From positions 1,426,001 through 1,490,000 of the forward strand of contig OZ251241.1 in the NCBI GenBank assembly GCA_965240325.2: DNA of 64,000 nucleotides, in the 5' to 3' direction. The position numbers and the translations under genes are program-made. Position 1 is the stretch's first letter, and each line of letters opens with the position of its first letter. Below the pieces are notes generated by a model. The model was not told where the DNA came from. It saw nothing but the letters and a program-made list of their open reading frames with translations, and did no database searches. The stretch is from Rebecca billardiae RCC1528 (lineage: Eukaryota > Protista > Haptophyta). Below, in pieces: positions 43,542-54,790 of the stretch.

Positions 43542-44948
43542 TGGGTGGTTAGCCGGGCGTCAAAAAAAGGCCTGCGACGGGCTGGTCCCCAGCGTGAAGT
43601 CGTGCCTTTGTTCTCGTGGGTTTCCAGAATATAGTCAAGTGTGCACGTTATGAAACGTATACTTAAAACATATGATTCTGGAAACCCACGAGAACAAAGG
43701 CACGACTTCACGCTGGGGACCAGCCCGTCGCACGCCTTTTTTTGACGCCCCCTAACCGACGGCCCGCCGGGTCACATATGCGCAATTCGCGTACCCACCT
43801 ACACGCTCGATAGGACAAAACCCGCTCGTCGTTCGGCGCTTTGCGTACTCACATTCGTGCGAATCGCATCGGCCCATCATTCGTCGTGTCGCGAGTTCAG
43901 TAGTTCACACTTGACATTCGCACGAACCGTCACTTTTTCGCTAGACATTTCACGAGCGAAAGGGCGCGCTGATATTGGCACGCGGGCATCATCTTGCATT
44001 TGACATATGAGCGTCGGAGCAACCTCGCGCGGCCTCGCGTCGACGACGTCCCGTGAAGGACGAGAGGCGAGAGCCCACGCCATTCCAAGGGTCGCCCTTG
44101 ATTCACGTCTCGTTCGGTCGCGCGACGAGCGGCTCGCGTGCGGCGCCAAGCGAGCGACGGGGGGCGCGCGGCGGGCGCACGCGCGAGGCTGCCCACCACG
44201 CGCACGCGCGCGAACCCGCCGGCTCGGGCGACACGCGCCGCCTCAGCTCGAGCACGAGCGCGAGGCGTGGCGCCGGCCCGGTCGGGCCGGGCGGAGGGCT
44301 CGAGCTGCCGACTGCGCGCGACGAGCGGCTCGCGTGCGGTGCCAGCGGATGAAGCGACACGCGCGGCGTGCGCATACGCGCAGGGCCGCCATCCACGCGC
44401 GAGCGCGCGACTGCGTGCCTTCCACGAGCTGCAGCAGGCGGCCGCGGGCTGGTCGGCGGACGGCAAGGTCGGCGGAGTGCCGCCCGCGGCCGGCGTTTCG
44501 CTTGGGCGCGGGCCACACTCTCACTCACAGCGCGGGGCGTGGTGCTGCAGACGGGACAGCCATTGCAGCGCGCACTCCGTGCCCAGACGTGCACACGCGC
44601 GCGCGTCGTCAGCTCGCCGCTGCGCCCCTGTGGCGCCCATGGCAGCGTCGGAATGGCAGCGTCGGAATTCCGAGCTCGGGCAACCGGCCCGGCGTGCCAT
44701 CGTGCGTTTCAGAAACAGGTTTCCAGCCCAAGTTGACGCGCAGCGCCAACCCATATAATCTGCTGTAGTAGTCGTAGTTAAAGCAGTCGCGATATAAATA
44801 AACCAAACCGAAAGTTGAGGTTGGGTGAGGGTGGTGGTTGGTTGGGGGCTGGCCAGGGTAGGGCTGGAGGCTTCGGCCGCCAGTCTGATCACCCGGAGCC
44901 CGTTATAATAAAGGGGAATTTATTATGAAAGCCCAAACGTACTGTCCT

Positions 44949-45050
44949 GCCTGAGCTGTGTGCGTCTCTTATTCTTAGTAAACTGTACCCAAATCCGGCC
45001 TATCCACTACAGTTTACTAAGAATAAGAGACGCACACACACAGCTCAGGC
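44949..45050. repeat. Short AT-rich hairpin / mini-MITE (about 39-bp arms)
   Basis: gcctgagctgtgtgcgtctcttattcttagtaaactgta (44949-44987) vs its reverse complement at 45008-45050, which has an extra CA expansion. Confidence 0.8.
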
Positions 45051-45557
45051 ACTCACTCCCCTCAGGCAGGCGACACGGTACTATCCATCGACTCTGTAAC
45101 AGTATTCAGTAAAGTATGATACATCACTATCATCATCTAATAATGCGAGCATAGTCAGTCGCCTCTGCTATCAAAATCTATTTAAAATATATATCGTGTT
45201 TATTTTATAGTTATAATTAATACAGCGCTATAAACGCCGTGCCCCCCGCAGAGGCCAAGCCCGGCTGGCGCGGACTTCACGGCCCGGGCCATCCGGGTGC
45301 CGCCGCCAGCTGGCACGGCGAGGGCCACTGCCAGTCTGAGGGCAGGTCAGCAGCGGGAGTCTGTGCCAGCGTGAACTCGAACGTGCATGACACGCTCCGA
45401 CGCGCGGCCGCCCACCGGCGCGGTGCGGGCGGGCTCTGGCCCGCTGGCCGGGCGGCAGCCGCGCGCCACGCACGCAGTGGTGGCGGTGCGCGCCGTCAAG
45501 CCGCTGGCGGAGCGGTCGCGCCGTGTGCCGATGCGGCGCGCGCGATGCGAAGGCGGC

Positions 45558-47292
45558 TTATGCCGCGCCGGCCGACGGTGGCACGTGGCTGGGCGCGCCC
45601 GCCGCGCCCTCGTCCTCGCCGCCGGCCGGCCGCGGCCCGGCGTTGGCGGGCGTCGTCCGAGCGCGCGCCGCCGCGCTCAGCTGGTGCTCGTCCGCGCGCT
45701 CCCGCAGCGCAATGTCGGCCGGGCTGGACTCGTCCGGCGGCGGCACGGCGCGGCGCGGCGCGGCGCTGCCGTGCTCCGAGCCGCCGGCCTCGCTGCTCGC
45801 CGCGCCCTCGAGCGCGCTGAGCGGCAGCCCGCCCGGCGCGTAGATCGCCGTCTGCACGGGCACCGGCCCGTCCTCCTCCGCCTCGTCGCCGCCCGGGTTC
45901 ACCACAATCAGCGTGGTCATCGGCTCGGGCGGGCCCTCCATCTTCTCGTTCCACTCGACCATGCCCGGGCCTGAGAGCTCGAGCGTGTTGATCGAGACGG
46001 TGGTGACGCTCGGGAGGAGCTGCTCGGCCTGCGTGGCGGAAGGGGGAAGGGTGGAGGGGAGGGCGGCGGGAGGGCAGCAGCGGCAGTCGCGGCGCGGGCG
46101 GCCGGCGCGGGGGCGGGCGCGCTGAGTGCCGGGGCCGGGGGCCGGACGCGCCGCGCGTGGCCGCCCGCCGCCCGCCGAGCCGCCGCCTCCCCACCCGCAG
46201 CCCGCCCGCCCGCGGCACCGGCGCCCAGCCGCCCGCGCCCCCCCCCGGACCACCCGCCATCTCGCCCGGACCGGCCCGCGCTCGGCGCCGGACTCACCAG
46301 CTGCAGCCCGAACTCCTGCACCTGCTGGAACATGGTGGAGAAGGGGCGCGCGCGGAAGGTGACACCGATCGCGACGACGCAGACGAGCTCCATCAGCTGG
46401 TGGAGCATGAGGAAGACCCAGAGCGGCGCGTTGGTCACGTGCGTCGAGGTGTGGATCACCAGCTCCATCAGCACGTACGCCGCCGTCGCGACCGCCAGCC
46501 ACTTGAACATCAAGTACTTGGAGTAGGCGGGCGTGGTCAGTGGGTCAATATTGAGTGAGGACATGGCCAGTAGCTGGGACTTGAGGATGCGCAGGTTGGT
46601 GTAGATGGAGAAGACGACGTTGACGAGCATGCACACGTACGCCACCAGGATCGGGATCATCCAGAGCACTGCGCACGCGCGAACGCGCCGCCGAGGTTGG
46701 AGTGAGGCGCAGCGCCCGGTACCGGCGGCAGGCGGCGCGGAGCGAGTGGAGGCGCGAGCGGCGCGCGAGGTGGCCGCGTGAGCGCGCGCGCGCGCGCGCG
46801 CAGGTGCACGCTCCCTCGGCACGCACGCGCGCGCGCGCGCACGCGCCGCGCCGCGCGCGTCCGGCACGCACGTGTGTTCCCGAACAGCTGGAAGACGACG
46901 GACGCGTACAGCAGGACGACGGTCACGACGATGATGCGGTTCTCTCCGTGGTGGAGCGAGTCGCGCGTGATGCACCAGCCCTTGGCGACGAGGAGGAGGC
47001 AGAGCAGGTTGAGCGGCTCCTTGAGGATCACCACCATCAGCAGCGCCGCCGCCACGAGCTGCGAGACGAACGACTCCCACGGGCACGAGCCGTAATAAAA
47101 GATGCACAGAAATGTGTAGAGGCACTCAACTGCCGGCAGCCACGTGAGCATGCGGTGCATCGAGTTGGCGGAGGCGGCGTTCTTGTAGTAGGTGTTGAAG
47201 CACCAGCCCACGAGCACGAGCACCCATGAGAGGAAGAAGGGCACGAACACCGTCTGCACGTGCTCAAAGCGTGTGCAGTCGGGAGTCGACAT
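45558..47292 (-). CDS. 7TM protein, GOST/lung-7TM (GPR107/TMEM87-like) type without an N-terminal luminal domain; 3 exons
   Basis: Seven hydrophobic helices. Motifs MHRMLTWL, LLLVAKGWCITR and SKYLMFK. Introns at ~46873-46670 and 46297-46029. Confidence 0.6.
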
Positions 47293-47740
47293 GGCGGCTC
47301 TGGCGGCGCGCGCGCTCGCACGCGGCGGGCTGTGGGCAGGCTGCGGGCGAAGAGAGCGGCGCGGCGAGGTGCGCGCGACTCGCCCAGCCGGGTGGCACCG
47401 CCTCGCCCAGCTGGCGTTCGACGGCTGGCCCACGCGACCGCGAGGGTCTCTTTCCTGGCTAGAAAGGGGCAGGGGGCGGTGGCCGCCTCTTGCCCTAAAT
47501 AAGCGAAGCGACCCGAGCTGGCGAGCGAGCTGGGCTCGAGAGCTTCTCTCCGGAGTCTGGAGTCACTGCGAGTCATCAGTCCCGCCATTGATGGGTCCGG
47601 GTTGTCTGACTGTGTAACTATCATAGGATGGGAATACAGTCGCCTCTTGAATAGCGAATCGTCAACCGTCAGAGTCCGTGTGCACAGGCGGGTAAATTCA
47701 CGAATTCCGCTCGGGAGTCGGGACTGGCCGCCATTTTGGA

Positions 47741-49495
47741 TTATTCACTGCCGTCCACGAGCAGCGCCGATTCGAGCCGCGTGCGCGGCTCACGCTCGTC
47801 GCCCCGCGCGCGCGACGGCGTGCGCCCGCCTGCGCGCGCGCGGCCTCTGCCGGCGTGCTCGGCGTCGAACCCCGCACCGCGGAAGCGCTCCGCACGGCCG
47901 CGCGCCGCCGCCGCCGCGCGCCGCCGCCTGAAGACGAGCGCGGCGGCGGCGACAGCGGCGGCGATCGCCGTGGCCGCCACCACGCCGGCCGCGACGAGCG
48001 CGCGGGGCCGATGGGCGGCTCGACCGCCGAGCCCGTCGAGCCCCGCCGGGCGTCGCGCGCGCGGCCCCGCGCCCAGCCGCGCGAGCTCGCACGCGCCCGC
48101 CGAGCCGCACAGCGGCACGCCGCACAGCGAGCAGTGCGCGGGGATTGGGCCGAGGAGGGCAAAGACACCGCCGCCGTCGGGCGCGCACGCGCGCGCGCCC
48201 GCGCGCTGCGCGTCGGGCGTGCACAGCTCGTACGGCAGCGCGCAGCCGTCCCCGCCGCCGCCCTCCGCCCTCGCCAGCCCGTACGTCCGCGCGCCGAACT
48301 TGACTGCCGTCGACGGCGGCTGCGCGAAGTTTCCGAGAAGCTGCGGCTGCGTCGGCACCGGGTCATCGGCGTTGAACAGCCGGTAGTGCTCGGGGACGAG
48401 GGCGGCGTAGAGGGCGTTGAATGCGGCGTTGCCCACCTTGGGCTGGCCGAACGTCACCACCGACGGCGCGCGCAGCCCCCACGGCGCGCGCGCGCCGCCG
48501 CCCGGCGCGCGCGCCATCGCCGCCGCGCACGGCGCGCCGCCGCCGCACGCCGGGTCGACACCGCGCCAGGATTGATCCCACATCGAGGCGAGGTCGAGCG
48601 CGGCGAGCGTGGCGAGCGCGCCGCCGAGCGAGTGGCCGAGCAGCACGAGCCGCGCGCCCTCGCCCGCGCCGCCGCCCCGCCGCCCGCGCGCCGCGCCGCC
48701 GCGCAGCGCGCGAGATTGTATCTCGTCGAGCGCGTCGTACAGCGCGCCCTGCAGCTCGGACCACACGGCCCAGAAGCCCTCGTGCACGGCGGCGTCGCGC
48801 CAGGGCGGGCCGAGGGCGCGGAACGGCCGCACCTCGCCCACGCGCACGTCCGCCGCCTCCGTCACCGCGCCCGCCGTCCCCTGGAACGCCACGAGCACGA
48901 GGCGCCGCGTTTCGTCAAACGCGGCGACCAGCGTTATGTCCGCGCGCGCCGCGCAGCGCGCGGTGGCGTAGGTGAGGGTGGGGAGGGCGGCACACGCGGC
49001 GCACGACCACGCGGCGAACGCGTCGTGCCACGCGTCGGCGCCGCGCGCCCACGCCGCGCGGCAGCCGCCCCCGCGTGCGCTGCCGTGCGCGCAGTAGGGC
49101 AGCGACGCGACGCGCGCGTAGTAAGCCGCGTCCGCACGGACCAAGTCGTCCGCGCGCTCGTAGAGCGGCTCGTCGGCGGGGACGCCGGCGGGGAAGCCCG
49201 CGGGGAGGGGAGACTCTACCGGCGGCGCGCACCGGTCCCACCACCCCGACGTCGCCGCCGCCTTGCCCTCGTACCAGCGGCCGCAGTGCGCCGAGTCGGC
49301 GGCTGTGCCGACACCGAACGGACCGTCCGTCCAGCACCAGCCGCCATCGCCGCTGGCGAGGGGCACGCAGGCGCCGAGGCACACGCAGCCGCTCGCCGAG
49401 GGCTCGAGCCCCGTGAGCTGCAGCGCGCGCCCGCGCGGCGACAACGCGGCCGCGGCCGCGCCCAGCGCGGCGAGCGCGCTCAGGGCGAGGAGCAT
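47741..49495 (-). CDS. Class 3 lipase with signal peptide, N-terminal Cys/Trp module and C-terminal TM anchor
   Basis: VAFQGT, VHEGF, GHSLGGA, TFGQPKVGN, DDPVP and a downstream His. Hydrophobic C-terminal helix followed by RRRR. Confidence 0.88.
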   Translation of the reverse strand: MLLALSALAALGAAAAALSPRGRALQLTGLEPSASGCVCLGACVPLASGDGGWCWTDGPFGVGTAADSAHCGRWYEGKAAATSGWWDRCAPPVESPLPAGFPAGVPADEPLYERADDLVRADAAYYARVASLPYCAHGSARGGGCRAAWARGADAWHDAFAAWSCAACAALPTLTYATARCAARADITLVAAFDETRRLVLVAFQGTAGAVTEAADVRVGEVRPFRALGPPWRDAAVHEGFWAVWSELQGALYDALDEIQSRALRGGAARGRRGGGAGEGARLVLLGHSLGGALATLAALDLASMWDQSWRGVDPACGGGAPCAAAMARAPGGGARAPWGLRAPSVVTFGQPKVGNAAFNALYAALVPEHYRLFNADDPVPTQPQLLGNFAQPPSTAVKFGARTYGLARAEGGGGDGCALPYELCTPDAQRAGARACAPDGGGVFALLGPIPAHCSLCGVPLCGSAGACELARLGAGPRARRPAGLDGLGGRAAHRPRALVAAGVVAATAIAAAVAAAALVFRRRRAAAAARGRAERFRGAGFDAEHAGRGRARAGGRTPSRARGDEREPRTRLESALLVDGSE

Positions 49496-49901
49496 GGCGG
49501 CCGGCCGCGGGATGATGTCCGGACTAAACAAGTAGTAACTGTATCATACAGAGCTTCATAAACCGCGGTTCAAAGCTTTGACGTTGCGTCGCTTTGGCCA
49601 AACTTCGAATCATTTCCGCTTTGTCATAGATCGCCGATAGTGAACTTCATATGGAACGACGCTCGGAGAGAATTGTGTCGGAAGTAAAGCGTGAACACCG
49701 CGGGCGGGCCGCCAGCCGACCCGGTTAGTTCTTTCACTCATCAACTGTCTCTACCTACGGGCCCGTAGCCTAGGGTCTGCGATGATAGCAAATGATCGTA
49801 CAGTCTGAGATGACGACATCGCCGACACTCTGGACATCGGAGTCACTGTCGTGTGCATGCGCGCTGGCCATGGCGCCGGGGCGCTCCGACCACAAAGCTG
49901 C

Positions 49902-50705
49902 TCAAGCGCCACCAAGTGTGACGGCGCGTGGCGGCGGCGCCGCGGCGGTCACGCCGGCGCGGCCCGACGCGCCGGTCGGCGCGGCGCCCTTCAGGGGCTT
50001 TCTCTCCTCGATGTGCTCGAGCTCGACGAAGAGCTCCTGCAGGCAACGGAGGAACGTGCGCACCTGCGCGTGCAGCCGCGGCGGCGCCTCCGTCTTGTGC
50101 TCGCGCGCCAGCTCGCCCGAGGCGCGCTGCACATCCAGCGCGATCGCCATCAGGCGCTCGGCGGCGATGTATCCCGCGGCGCCCTTGCACGAGTGCACGG
50201 CCGTGTGCAGCTCGTCAAAGTCGGCGGCGGCGAGCGCGCGCTCGATGCGCTCGGGCACCAGCCGGTTCAGCTTCAGGAACATGGCGACCGCGTTGTTGAT
50301 CAGCATCTTGTTGCCTGCGGCGCGCGGTGGGCAGGCGAGAGGGTGGCGGCGCCGCGAGTGAGATGGCATGTCGCGCCACGCCTCACCGGCCGCGCGCCCT
50401 GGCTCGCGCACTCGGTCGGCGCTTCGGCGCGCGCGCGTGCGCGCACGCGAGAAGATGGTCTGCATCTGCGCGTGATTCACGATGTGCTTATCGCTGATGG
50501 CCGCGTACTCAGCCTCGGCCAGCACGTCCAGATCGCTCGGCAACGGCGCCGCGCCGGCGGGCGCATCATCGGACGGCGGAGCCGCCATCGGCACCGGCGC
50601 CCGCTCGGGGGCGGGGGCAGAGGGCCTTGCCACCGTGTGGTCCGACGGGCCTTGTGAGTGCGCCTCCTCGGGCGTGCACGTGGGGGGGGAAGTCAGCATC
50701 ACCAT
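49902..50705 (-). CDS. Stand-alone histidine phosphotransfer (HPt) protein; probable in-frame intron 50446-50315
   Basis: DFDELHTAVHSCKGAAGYIAAERL matches the HPt H-x-x-KG signature. GT...AG intron-like low-complexity segment. Confidence 0.8.
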   Translation of the reverse strand: MVMLTSPPTCTPEEAHSQGPSDHTVARPSAPAPERAPVPMAAPPSDDAPAGAAPLPSDLDVLAEAEYAAISDKHIVNHAQMQTIFSRARTRARRSADRVREPGRAAGEAWRDMPSHSRRRHPLACPPRAAGNKMLINNAVAMFLKLNRLVPERIERALAAADFDELHTAVHSCKGAAGYIAAERLMAIALDVQRASGELAREHKTEAPPRLHAQVRTFLRCLQELFVELEHIEERKPLKGAAPTGASGRAGVTAAAPPPRAVTLGGA

Positions 50706-51383
50706 GTGATGAGTGGATGGCCTTCGCAAGGTTGCGACCGGATGAAAGCGCTCTCAAGCACCGGTGCACCCGCTTGGTGAAAAGGCGTCTTTGGTTCGGC
50801 CTTCATGATCACAACGGGCGGAATTGCAAGTGTGCTTCCTCAATAGTTGTGCGTGGGTAGGAGCCGGGTTGGGGCGACGACGATGCTAATAGCTGCGCTT
50901 CCACGCGAAAAGCTTCCAACTATTCAAATACCTGTCATCTCACATTTTGATGTTCGAAGGATTTTGACGACTCCATTCATATAGTATGGTGTAGGTCTCG
51001 ATCGAACGTCGACGAATTTGCTGGAATCTGAAAAGCCCATTCGGTGATTACATGGACCTGACTTGCACTATGATATTTGTGTTCCGTCATCAGATCCTTC
51101 CTTTCTGTTGAATTCCCGTTGATGACGCGCGCCACATGATAAGGTTTCGTCCGCCACGGCTACCCCCATTACCCCATTGCCCGGACTCCACACACGGCCA
51201 TTGTGGCAGACTGCCGGACTCAGACTGGTGAGCACTGAGCAGCAGTGTACGGCATTGCGCCCGGACCACTCTCAACTCGCTCGACTCGGCTCGAACGCGG
51301 AACGCCGCCCAACGGCGTGCGCCTCGCCAAGCGGAGCTCCTCCGCGGCGCGGCGCAAGGCGCGGAGTGCGCGGACGAGGCGCG

Positions 51384-54299
51384 ATGGTGCTGCAGCACGA
51401 GCTGCTCCTCGCGCTCGCGGGCCACGCGGGCGGCGAGATCTTCGTCGACCGCGACGGTACCTTCCGCCTCGCGCCCGACCTCCCGCTCCTCGACCCCGCC
51501 GAGCGGCAGCTCGTCGAGTCGCTCGCGCCGCTCGGCCGGCTGTACCGCGACGTGGCGCGCTTCGTGGAGCGGCAGCTGAGCTGCGCCCTCGGCGGCGGCG
51601 AGGGCGGGCTGTACGTGCGCGCGATGTGCCGCGGCATCGACGCCGAGCTCGACGCGTACCGCCACGCCCTCGTCCTCCTCGAGCAGCGCGCGAAGAGCGC
51701 GCCGGCGGCGGCGCCGCCGCCGCCGCCGCCGGCCGTGGGCGAGACCGAGCCGGACGAGGGGCGCGCGCGCACGGGGCTGAGCATCGTGCGCATGCAGCAC
51801 GAGCTCGCCGAGTACCGCGAGGTCCTCCCCGAGCTGCACCGCCTCGTCGAGACCGTCGAGGACGAGGGGCTGCGCGGCGCGCGCCTCCTTGAGCACGTGC
51901 ACGCGTGCGCTGGCGCGCGCGCGGTCTCGCCCGCCGCGTCGAGCCTGCGCCGCGTGCTTCGGCACTGCAACGCGGCGCTGGTGCACCAGATGCGCGGCTG
52001 GATGATCCACGGCGTGCGCCTCGACCCGCACGCCGAGTTCTTCGTCCAGCCCGCCGCCGCCATCGCCGCGGCCGTCTCCCGCGCGTCCGTGGCCGCCGCG
52101 GCCGCGGACGAACAGCCGCGCACGCCGCGCACGCCGCTCGACGACGACGAGGGCGGCGTCGTCGGCGGTGGCTGGGCGACGCCCGGGGGCGCGCACGACC
52201 ACCTCTTCGACGCGCTCGACGAGCTGGACACGCCTGGCGGCGCGGGCGCGCACGGCGGCGGCGGCGACGGCGGCGGCGGCGGCGCGGGCGGCGGGGGCGG
52301 CGGCGGCGGCGGCGGCTTCCACGCGGCCGCGGCGGAGCTGGGCGCGCGCTCGGCCGCGGTCGCGCGGGAGTGGGCGAGCGCCGGCGTGTCGCTCGTCGAC
52401 AAGCCGGCGTACGTGCCGCTGCGCCTCGCCGAGCGCGTGCTCTTCGTCGGCAAGGCGGCGCGAGTCCTGGAGCACCGGACTTATGCAGAGCTGACGCGCG
52501 CCGCGGACGCGCCGGCGGACGCGGGCGCGGCGGAGGCGGCGGCGGCGGCGAGTGCGAGTGTGCGCGCGCTCGACGCGCGGCTGGGCGCGCTGCAGTGGGC
52601 GCCCGCCGGCTTCGACGCGCTCGCCCTCGGCGCCGTCGTCGACGACCTGCGCGCGCACGTGGCCGCGCGCCTGCACTCTTACGTCGTCCAAGACTCGGCG
52701 CTCGCAGCGTCGCTGGAGGCGTTGCGCGGGCTGGCGCTGCTCGGGCGTGGCGACTTGTGGCACGCGGTGGTGCAGGCGGGCTCGGGGGTGCTCGGCGCGC
52801 CGCGCGAGCCCAGCGCCGACGCGCTCAGCGCGCTGCTCCACGCAGCGGTGCACGCGGCCGCGGCGCAGCTGCCGCCCGCCGCCGAGGCGCCGGCGGCGCG
52901 CGCCGCCGACGGCGCGCACGCGCCGCCCGGCTCGGCGGCGCGCGAGCACGCCATCCTTCGGCTGATGTCGGCGCGGTTCGCGCTGCGGCTCGAGCCCGCC
53001 GCGCGCCCGGCCGGCCGCGGCGGGCACGCCGCGCACGCCGGCCTCGCGCTCGAGCGCTGGCGGCGCGTGCGGCTCGCGTGGCGCGCGCAGTGGCCGGCAG
53101 TCCTGGTGCTCCCGGACTCTGCGCTGCAGCGGTACAACCAGGTCTTCTCGTTCCTGCTCACCGTGCGCGTGACGCAGATGCGGCTGCAGGTGTGCGCTCT
53201 TACCCTACCCCCTCAACCCTCACCCCGCGCGTGCCCACAGCCCGCGTGCACTCCCGCGCCCCGGCGCCCCGCACGCGCGCGCGGCGCGGCGCGGCGCGTG
53301 CGCGCCGCGCTGACTCCGCCGCCGCTCCTGTCTTGGGCCTCCCCTCGCGCCCGCCCCTTCTCCCCCCTCTCTCTCGTACGCTCCTCGCCCGCTCGCCCGC
53401 GCGCCGCGCAGGGCGCGTGGCTGTCACCGCAGACCTACAGCCGCGCCTCGCGCGCGCACGTGCACGCGGCCGTGGCCGAGCGCGCGCTGCGCCCGTTGCG
53501 CGCGCTGCGCGCCCAGATGGCGTTCCTCGTGGAAAACCTGCAGTTCTACCTGCACGCGGACGTGCTCGAGGCGCAGTGGCGCGCGCTGCAGGAGCGGATG
53601 GAGGTGCGCGCCGCGCAGCCCGCTCCCATCCACGCGCGCTGTGGCCGTTTCTGTCTTCGCTTGGAATATGCTTGCTGCGTGTTTCTTCGCCTTTCTGATT
53701 TACTCTTGCTCCGAATTGTGTTGACTGCTGCCGCCCCGTCATGATGCATGAGCTGTGCGCTGCAGTCCGCGCGCGGCGGCGCTTGGGCGTGCGCCGCGCC
53801 TCTCACGCGCCGCCGTGCACGCGCGCGCCCGCCGGCCGGCGGCGGCGCTGCGCCGCGGCAGGCCAGCTCCGACTTCGAGCAGGTGGCGCGCGCACACGAC
53901 GCCTATCTCTCGGCACTCTCGCTGCAGACGTTCCGACACGTGCCCGCCGTGTGCGACGCGCTCGACGAGATCCTGGACGCGTGCGACGCGCTGTGCGCGC
54001 TGGCGGAGGGCGCGCTCGATCGCGTCGCGGCGGCGGCGGTGCGCGCGCGCGTCGCACCCGCCGCCTCCGCCTCGGCCGCGTCCGCGCCGCCGCCGGCGCG
54101 ACCGTACGACCCTGCGGAGCTCTCCGCTCTCTCGAGCCGCTTTGCCGAGCGCGCGGCGTTCCTCCTCGGCTTCCTCCGCTCGGTCTCGAGCGCGTCGCCC
54201 GGTGCCGCGCCGCACCTCGCGCAGCTGCTGCTTCGGGTCGATTTCAACGGCTTCTTCTCCGCGGCGAGCGCTGCCGCCGCCGCGGGCGCGGGCGCGTGA
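51384..54299 (+). CDS. TUBGCP4: Gamma-tubulin complex component 4 (GCP4/Spc97-Spc98 family); introns ~53190-53411 and ~53604-53861
   Basis: N-terminus MVLQHELLLALAG, AERVLFVGK, RYNQVFSFLL, FLVENLQFYLHADVLEAQW, and C-terminus LAQLLLRVDFNGFFS. Confidence 0.85.
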
Positions 54300-54790
54300 G
54301 CCGCACGGGGCGTCGCCGCCGGGCTCGGGCCCGTCGGCTGGAAGTCGAGCGGGCCACCACGGCGCACGGCGCACGGCGTTGGCGCGACCTTGTGGCGCCC
54401 GCTGCCGCAGGCCGCTCATCCGTCTCCCCGAGAGCTATCGGCAATCCGTGAGGCGTGAGCGTGTCCGGCGGCCGCCCGGGCTGAGCGGCGACCTTGTCGG
54501 CGGAGGAGCTGCGACTCTAGATCTACAGGCCTGATGAGCGAATAATTATCGGATGAGCTTGATTACCCAGGCACATGAGATTTAAAATTAGATACCGCCC
54601 ACCTTGGCCATGCAAGACGGTTATGAACACTTGTCGCGAGCGTAACGACGTACTAGTAAAGTAGTAATGCTTGCCCACGGCCATTGAGACGAATAATACG
54701 TGGTTGATGCAAGCCGCAAGTTTTGGCGCGGCGCGAGCTGTTAGGGGCATGGGCCCCCGTCGGCTGCGCTGGTGATCAGCTGGGGTGGCG

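Larger units (their letters stand above)
41391..44752. mobile_element. Large foldback element (~1-kb inverted arms, GGG...CCC termini, ATAT flanks) carrying a nested insertion
   Basis: 41391-42373 vs 43766-44752 are reverse complements. The inner hairpin 43555-43630 / 43675-43750 continues the symmetry. ATAT at 41387-41390 and 44753-44756. Confidence 0.88.

Noticed and set aside
23103-50705. CTR1-like kinase plus HPt as an ethylene-signalling cluster
   Set aside because: They are 24 kb apart with unrelated genes between them, no ethylene receptor is present, and eukaryotic proximity alone is weak evidence.
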